Shown in pieces: positions 58,298-64,000 of a stretch of DNA of 64,000 bases. A program made the translations under genes and the position numbers. The notes beneath the pieces were generated by a model that saw only the letters and a program-made list of their open reading frames with translations, had not been told where the DNA came from and searched no databases. Position 1 is the first letter of the stretch; each line of letters begins with the position of its first letter. The DNA is from Candidatus Aalborgicola danicus (lineage in GTDB: Bacteria; Pseudomonadota; Gammaproteobacteria; Burkholderiales; Burkholderiaceae_C): positions 131,558 to 195,557 of the forward strand of contig JADJBC010000041.1 in the NCBI GenBank assembly GCA_016703945.1, written 5' to 3'.

Positions 58298-58325
58298 ATT
58301 TAGGGTAATCACCGGGAAGAAATGG

Positions 58326-59018
58326 ATGGCCGACTCAAAAGACGAATGGCTGGGAATTTTGTCAATGAACCCCTGGTTTGGCGCGTTGCCATTGCCTGAG
58401 CGCAAGGCGATGTTGGCAGCGGCGGACGTGGCGCAGGTGCGTGCAGGCGAGATGCTGTACCGCAAAGGCGATACCTCTGGTGGATTTTTTGGTGTGGTGA
58501 AGGGTGCCTTCAAGGTCTCTACGCTGGGGGAGGATGGGCGCGAAGGTATTTTGTCGGTGGTGGAGGCAGGCAACTGGTTTGGCGAGGCTTCGCTGATCGA
58601 CGGTCAACCACGGCCGCACGATGCCACTGCCGTGTTGGCCAGCACCGTGTTGGTGATTCAGCCCCAAGCTTTCAAACGCCTGATGCAGCGCAGCGTCTTT
58701 GCCCGCGCCATCGCCGCGTTGTTATGTAGCCGGGTGCGGGTGCTCTATGGCTTGGTGGAAGACGCCATGCTGCGCTCGACCCGTACCCGCATCGCCCGCC
58801 GTCTGATCACGTTGGCACGCGGGGATGCGACCATGGCGAACGACGCGCGCAGCAGCGTGGCGGTGTCCCAAGAAGCGCTGGCAATGATGCTGGGCATCAC
58901 GCGGCAGACCTTGTCCAAGGAACTGAAGGTGCTGGTGCGCGACGGGGTGCTGAGCCTGGGTTATGGACGGATTGAGATTGTGTCCATGGCCGAGCTGGAG
59001 CTGCGCGCAGAAATATAG
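58326..59018 (+). CDS. Crp/Fnr-family transcriptional regulator
   Basis: cNMP-binding domain (GEMLYRKGDTSGGFFGVVKGAFKV...NWFGEASLIDG) plus HTH (SQEALAMMLGITRQTLSKELKVLVRDG). Confidence 0.85.
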   Translation: MADSKDEWLGILSMNPWFGALPLPERKAMLAAADVAQVRAGEMLYRKGDTSGGFFGVVKGAFKVSTLGEDGREGILSVVEAGNWFGEASLIDGQPRPHDATAVLASTVLVIQPQAFKRLMQRSVFARAIAALLCSRVRVLYGLVEDAMLRSTRTRIARRLITLARGDATMANDARSSVAVSQEALAMMLGITRQTLSKELKVLVRDGVLSLGYGRIEIVSMAELELRAEI

Positions 59019-59024
59019 CCCCCT

Positions 59025-60510
59025 ACTGGGACTTCCCCCGGTGTCAAGCAATCGCTTGCGTTTGGATATCCCTGGAGACGGTATTTTTTGCACTGGCGTG
59101 AACTGGATTTGCGAGTAAATCAGAAACAGACTGCACATCTACTGTCGGTCTTATTGCACCGTTGACCTTGATCCTGGTGCGGACCCAGATACGAACCGCT
59201 CAGCGGGGCTCCAATCACGCTACGTGGACATTGTCAAAACGCCACTGGGGGCTAGTCGAGCTTGCCCGCTGCCGGTCTGACCTGTTTATTGCATCTTTCG
59301 ATTTACGCCTTGCAAGAAACTATCTATTCAGTTACCCAAATTGTCGTCACCGGCTAGCCATTCACTATCGCCGGTCGCACGCTCACATGGCGCGCATCGA
59401 ATGGCTTACCACGTGTAAACACGGCCCAGAGGATGCGCGCATTCTTGTTGGCCAGCGCTACAGCTGCCTTTTGCCAACCCGTCTTTTCGCGCAACTGATG
59501 CGCCCACTTGGAAATGGGATCATCGCGCCGATGCGCCGTAAATACTGCGGCCTTGGCTCCTTGAATGAGAAGGGATCGCAGGTAGGTGTCCCCATGTTTT
59601 GTGATGCCGCCCAGGTTGCTTTTGCCGCCGCTGGAGTTCTGCCGAGGCGTCAGCCCCATCCAGGCGCCAAACTGTGCGCCATTCTTGAACTGTTTGAAGT
59701 CACCTACCGTGGCAATGAGTGCGGAGGCCCCAAGCGGCCCAACGCCTATGAGTTGCTCGGCCTGTCGAACCTGCTCATTGGCTTTGAGATGGGCAGCAAT
59801 GCGTGCATCGCACCAGCTCAGGTGTGCATCAAGCTCCTGCCACTGCTCCCAGGCCCGCTGCAGTGCCAGGCGGGCCAGAGTTGGAAGTTCGTTACTGGCA
59901 TCTTCAATAACGTCGGGCAAGGCGTGGTGCAGGATCTCGGGCTTTTGCGCTAACACAATGCCAAACTCGCCCAAAAGACCCCGAATGCGATTGGTACAGG
60001 CGATGCGCTCCTTCTTGAAGCCTTCGCGCAAGCGGTGAATGCACAGCATGCTTTGTTGTTCTACGCTCTTGATGGGTACGAAATGCATTTGCGGACGTGA
60101 TGCAGCCTCGCAAATGGCCGCCGCATCATTGGCGTCGTTCTTTCCGTGCTTGCCCTGCATCCGGTAGGGTGCAACCAGATGGGCAGCGATGATGCGCGCA
60201 TCCAACCCAAGCGCGACCAGCTTGCGTGCCCAATAATGTGCGCTGGAGCTGGCCTCCATGACCACCATGCAACCAGCAGGCAATTGAGCGCACCAAGCCG
60301 TGAATTTGTCGCGTGGCAGCGCTCGGCCAACAACCCGCTGATCAGCTCTATCCACTCCGTGAACTTGAATGACCCGCTTTGCCAGATCAACGCCGACTCG
60401 TGTAACCTCATGCATGGGACTTCTCCTTCCAAAGGTTTTAGATTGACTTTTCAAAACCAATCTTGGCACTCAATGCCGTTACCAGGAAGTGGGAAGTCCC
60501 TTCGTATTCA
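59025..60510 (-). mobile_element. IS110-family insertion sequence (IS1111-like layout), inserted in a family C repeat
   Basis: The flanks 59016-59024 (tagccccct) and 60511 onward (cgctccaccgctacgcggg...) together reconstitute a family C repeat, by comparison with copy 1. Subterminal inverted repeats are GGGACTTCCC (59028-59037) and GGGAAGTCCC (60491-60500). The 3' non-coding arm is about 330 bp and the 5' arm about 95 bp. Ends are uncertain by about 10 bp. Confidence 0.7.
59354..60415 (-). CDS. IS110-family DEDD transposase/recombinase
   Basis: MHEVTRVGVDLAKRVIQVHGVD (DEDD N-terminal domain) and LIGVGPLGASALIATVGDFKQFKNGAQFGAWMGLTPRQNSSGGKSNLGGITKHGDTYLR (Transposase_20-type C-terminal domain with catalytic Ser region). 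AAGGAG RBS. Confidence 0.9.
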   Translation of the reverse strand: MHEVTRVGVDLAKRVIQVHGVDRADQRVVGRALPRDKFTAWCAQLPAGCMVVMEASSSAHYWARKLVALGLDARIIAAHLVAPYRMQGKHGKNDANDAAAICEAASRPQMHFVPIKSVEQQSMLCIHRLREGFKKERIACTNRIRGLLGEFGIVLAQKPEILHHALPDVIEDASNELPTLARLALQRAWEQWQELDAHLSWCDARIAAHLKANEQVRQAEQLIGVGPLGASALIATVGDFKQFKNGAQFGAWMGLTPRQNSSGGKSNLGGITKHGDTYLRSLLIQGAKAAVFTAHRRDDPISKWAHQLREKTGWQKAAVALANKNARILWAVFTRGKPFDARHVSVRPAIVNG

Positions 60511-60582
60511 CGCTCCACCGCTACGCGGGTCGCTGCCCCCCGAGGGGGCCGTGTTTCGCCTTGGGGCGGCCCGGCGGCGAAT
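60511..60582 (+). repeat. Family C repeat, copy 2 (major part; its first 9 bp lie at 59016-59024 across the IS)
   Basis: cgctccaccgctacgcgggtcgctgccccccgagggggccgtgtttcgccttggggcggcccggcggcgaa. Confidence 0.75.
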
Positions 60583-60596
60583 TGTCTCCGCGATAG

Positions 60597-61178
60597 TTAT
60601 TGCGCTAGCCGCTCGGCCGCCCACAAAACCTGCTTGACCACCTCCAACACGCTGTCGCGCTGAGCCGGCAGCTGGAGTTCGCCGTTGTCGTCAAAGGCGT
60701 CTCCGGCCCGGCCAAGCGCAAACTGCTTGGGCGCGATCCAGCACTGGGATAAGGTCATCAGCGGGTTCAAGTGGCTTAGCGACCGCAGGCCCCCTAAGGC
60801 GCCGGGTGATGCGCTCATCAGGCCGACGACCTTGCCGCGCATGGAGCGGTCACCGTCGGACCAAATGGGGTCGCCTTTGACCGGGCTGCTGATCCAGTCG
60901 ATGGTGTTTTTCAGCAGGCCGGTGTAGGAGCCGTTGTACTCGGGTGAGCAGATGATCCAGGCCGGGTGGTCATAGGCGATGGCCTTGAGGCGCATCACGT
61001 CGGCCGGTGTGCCCCGGGCTTCCAGGTCGGCGTTGTACAGGGGGACGTCGAAGTCGCTCAATTCGATGTGGGTGACTTCCGCGCCCTCGGCCCGTGCCAT
61101 GGCGGCGGCGGCGTTGGCGAGGCGGCGGTTGAAGGAGAGTTGGCGGGTGCTACCCGCGAAGATGAGTAGTTTGGTCAT
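60597..61178 (-). CDS. NADPH-dependent FMN reductase
   Basis: MTKLLIFAGSTRQLSFNRRLA...SPEYNGSYTGLLKNTIDW. The 5' extension of the tracked ORF reads through repeat DNA and was rejected. Confidence 0.88.
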   Translation of the reverse strand: MTKLLIFAGSTRQLSFNRRLANAAAAMARAEGAEVTHIELSDFDVPLYNADLEARGTPADVMRLKAIAYDHPAWIICSPEYNGSYTGLLKNTIDWISSPVKGDPIWSDGDRSMRGKVVGLMSASPGALGGLRSLSHLNPLMTLSQCWIAPKQFALGRAGDAFDDNGELQLPAQRDSVLEVVKQVLWAAERLAQ

Positions 61179-61260
61179 GGGGCTATTGTCACCAAGTTGT
61201 GGTTTTCCCCCCATACCAGTTACCCCGGGATCAGTCGGTATATTGCGCTCGCCCGCGACA

Positions 61261-61346
61261 GGCAAGGCGCGGGTTTTTTTTGCTCCGTGTCCCCCGCCCG
61301 CTGCGCGGGCTCCTCCTTTACCTGCGCAAAACACCCATGCCTTGCC
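61261..61346 (+). repeat. Family B nested palindrome, copy c (core forward)
   Basis: ggcaaggcgcgggtttTTTTGCTCCGTGTCCCCCGC-[ccgctgcgcgg]-GCTCCTCCTTTACCTGCGCAAAAcacccatgccttgcc. Confidence 0.8.
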
Positions 61347-61412
61347 TGTCGCTGGAGGTTGGTGAAGGACGGGCTGTTTGTATTTTCGGAGCCTGGCCAC
61401 CTGCTACGCCAG

Positions 61413-61503
61413 ATCGGTTGGGCTGTGCGTTTTGCGTAGGTCAAGGGGGAGGCCAAGCTTGCTTGGCCGGAGGACACGCAGCAAAACGTGCAGCCCAACC
61501 GAT
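61413..61503 (-). repeat. Family B nested palindrome, copy d (core reverse, more diverged)
   Basis: Outer arms GATCGGTTGGGCTGTGCGTTTTGC / GCAAAACGTGCAGCCCAACCGATC. The reverse-complement core is TTTTGCTGCGTGTCCTCCGG-[ccaagcaagcttgg]-CCTCCCCCTTGACCTACGCAAAA. Confidence 0.75.
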
Positions 61504-61620
61504 CCCCCACAGCAGCAACCCAACCCAACGAATTCTCCCAACGTGCCAAAAAACCAGGCACCCGGTAAAATCGCTGGCTACACCACACTGGGCGCACGCG
61601 GATTTGCCTTGCGCCCCCGA

Positions 61621-63686
<2,066 letters not shown>

Positions 63687-63687
<1 letters not shown>

Positions 63688-64000
63688 TGCCTACGCACGC
63701 TTTGGATTCAGGCTTGCGCCAAGGCTTGGTTGGGTTGGGTTTGGCACTCAGCGACGCGCAGGTACAGCAGTTGCTGGACTATCTGGACTTGGTCCAGAAA
63801 TGGACCAAGGTCTACAACCTGACGGCGGTGCGTGACCCGGCGGAGATGCTGACCCACCATTTGCTGGATAGTCTGGCGGCAGTAAGGCCGTTGGACCAGC
63901 AGTTGGAAACGCTGGGTTTGGCGCACAAGGCGGTTCGCTTGCTGGACGTGGGCTCGGGTGCCGGGTTGCCGGGCATCGTCATTGCGGTCTGCCGACCGGA
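63687..64000 (+). CDS. rsmG: 16S rRNA (guanine527-N7)-methyltransferase RsmG (GidB), N-terminal part (runs off right edge)
   Basis: MPTHALDSGL...QLLDYLDLVQKWTKVYNLTAVRDPAEMLTHHLLDSLA...LLDVGSGAGLPGI. The start overlaps the mnmG stop (TGATG). Confidence 0.9.

Noticed and set aside
59411-59426. CACGTG-containing sequence (ttaccacgtgtaaaca) as a third parS.
   Set aside because: It aligns poorly with TGTTNCACGTGAAACA because the half-sites are out of register, and it lies inside the IS transposase gene.
53332-61503. Possible CRISPR array formed by the family B palindromes.
   Set aside because: There are only two pairs, 7.6 kb apart. The copies are in opposite orientation, have no regular repeat-spacer periodicity, and have no cas genes nearby.

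Overview
GC-rich betaproteobacterial chromosome segment; the Comamonadaceae-like assignment is an inference from protein sequences and gene order. It covers the replication-origin neighbourhood. gyrB-dnaN-dnaA lie on the minus strand and rpmH-rnpA-yidD-yidC-mnmE on the plus strand in the centre. DnaA boxes sit in the dnaA-rpmH spacer. mnmG-rsmG lie at the right edge, with two parS palindromes inside mnmG. The left arm carries a copper module (copA / copZ-cueR with MerR-type divergent promoters, plus a secreted HExxH protein with a MopE-like motif). It also carries nnrS with an NsrR-like operator, rdgC, minCDE, an RTX protein next to a two-component system, and assorted housekeeping genes. The right arm carries apt, a CPA2 antiporter, kdsD-kdsC-lptC, an ALDH/GMC-oxidoreductase operon and two Crp-family regulators. 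Its most system-like cluster is ECF sigma/anti-sigma + DUF2282 Cys-rich precursor + DUF692 (MNIO) + DUF2063, a bufferin/gig-type copper-linked RiPP operon. One IS110-family element (about 59025-60510) has a long 3' non-coding arm, making it a candidate bridge/seek-RNA locus. It is inserted inside a dispersed REP-like repeat. Three non-coding repeat families are not explained by genes. Family A is a ~50-bp element with 8 copies, all in the same orientation, two of them in frame inside mnmE and the DUF2063 gene. Family B is a nested palindrome with a conserved internal-loop core and copy-specific outer stems, present as 4 copies in two convergent pairs. Family C is an ~80-bp GC-rich hairpin element at gene ends, with 3 copies, one split by the IS. 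Two genes (Lrp/AsnC, DUF1801) carry single-base frameshifts. I found no rRNA, tRNA, CRISPR array, prophage or recognisable defence island. All coordinates for starts, repeats and sites were derived by hand; no search or folding was run.
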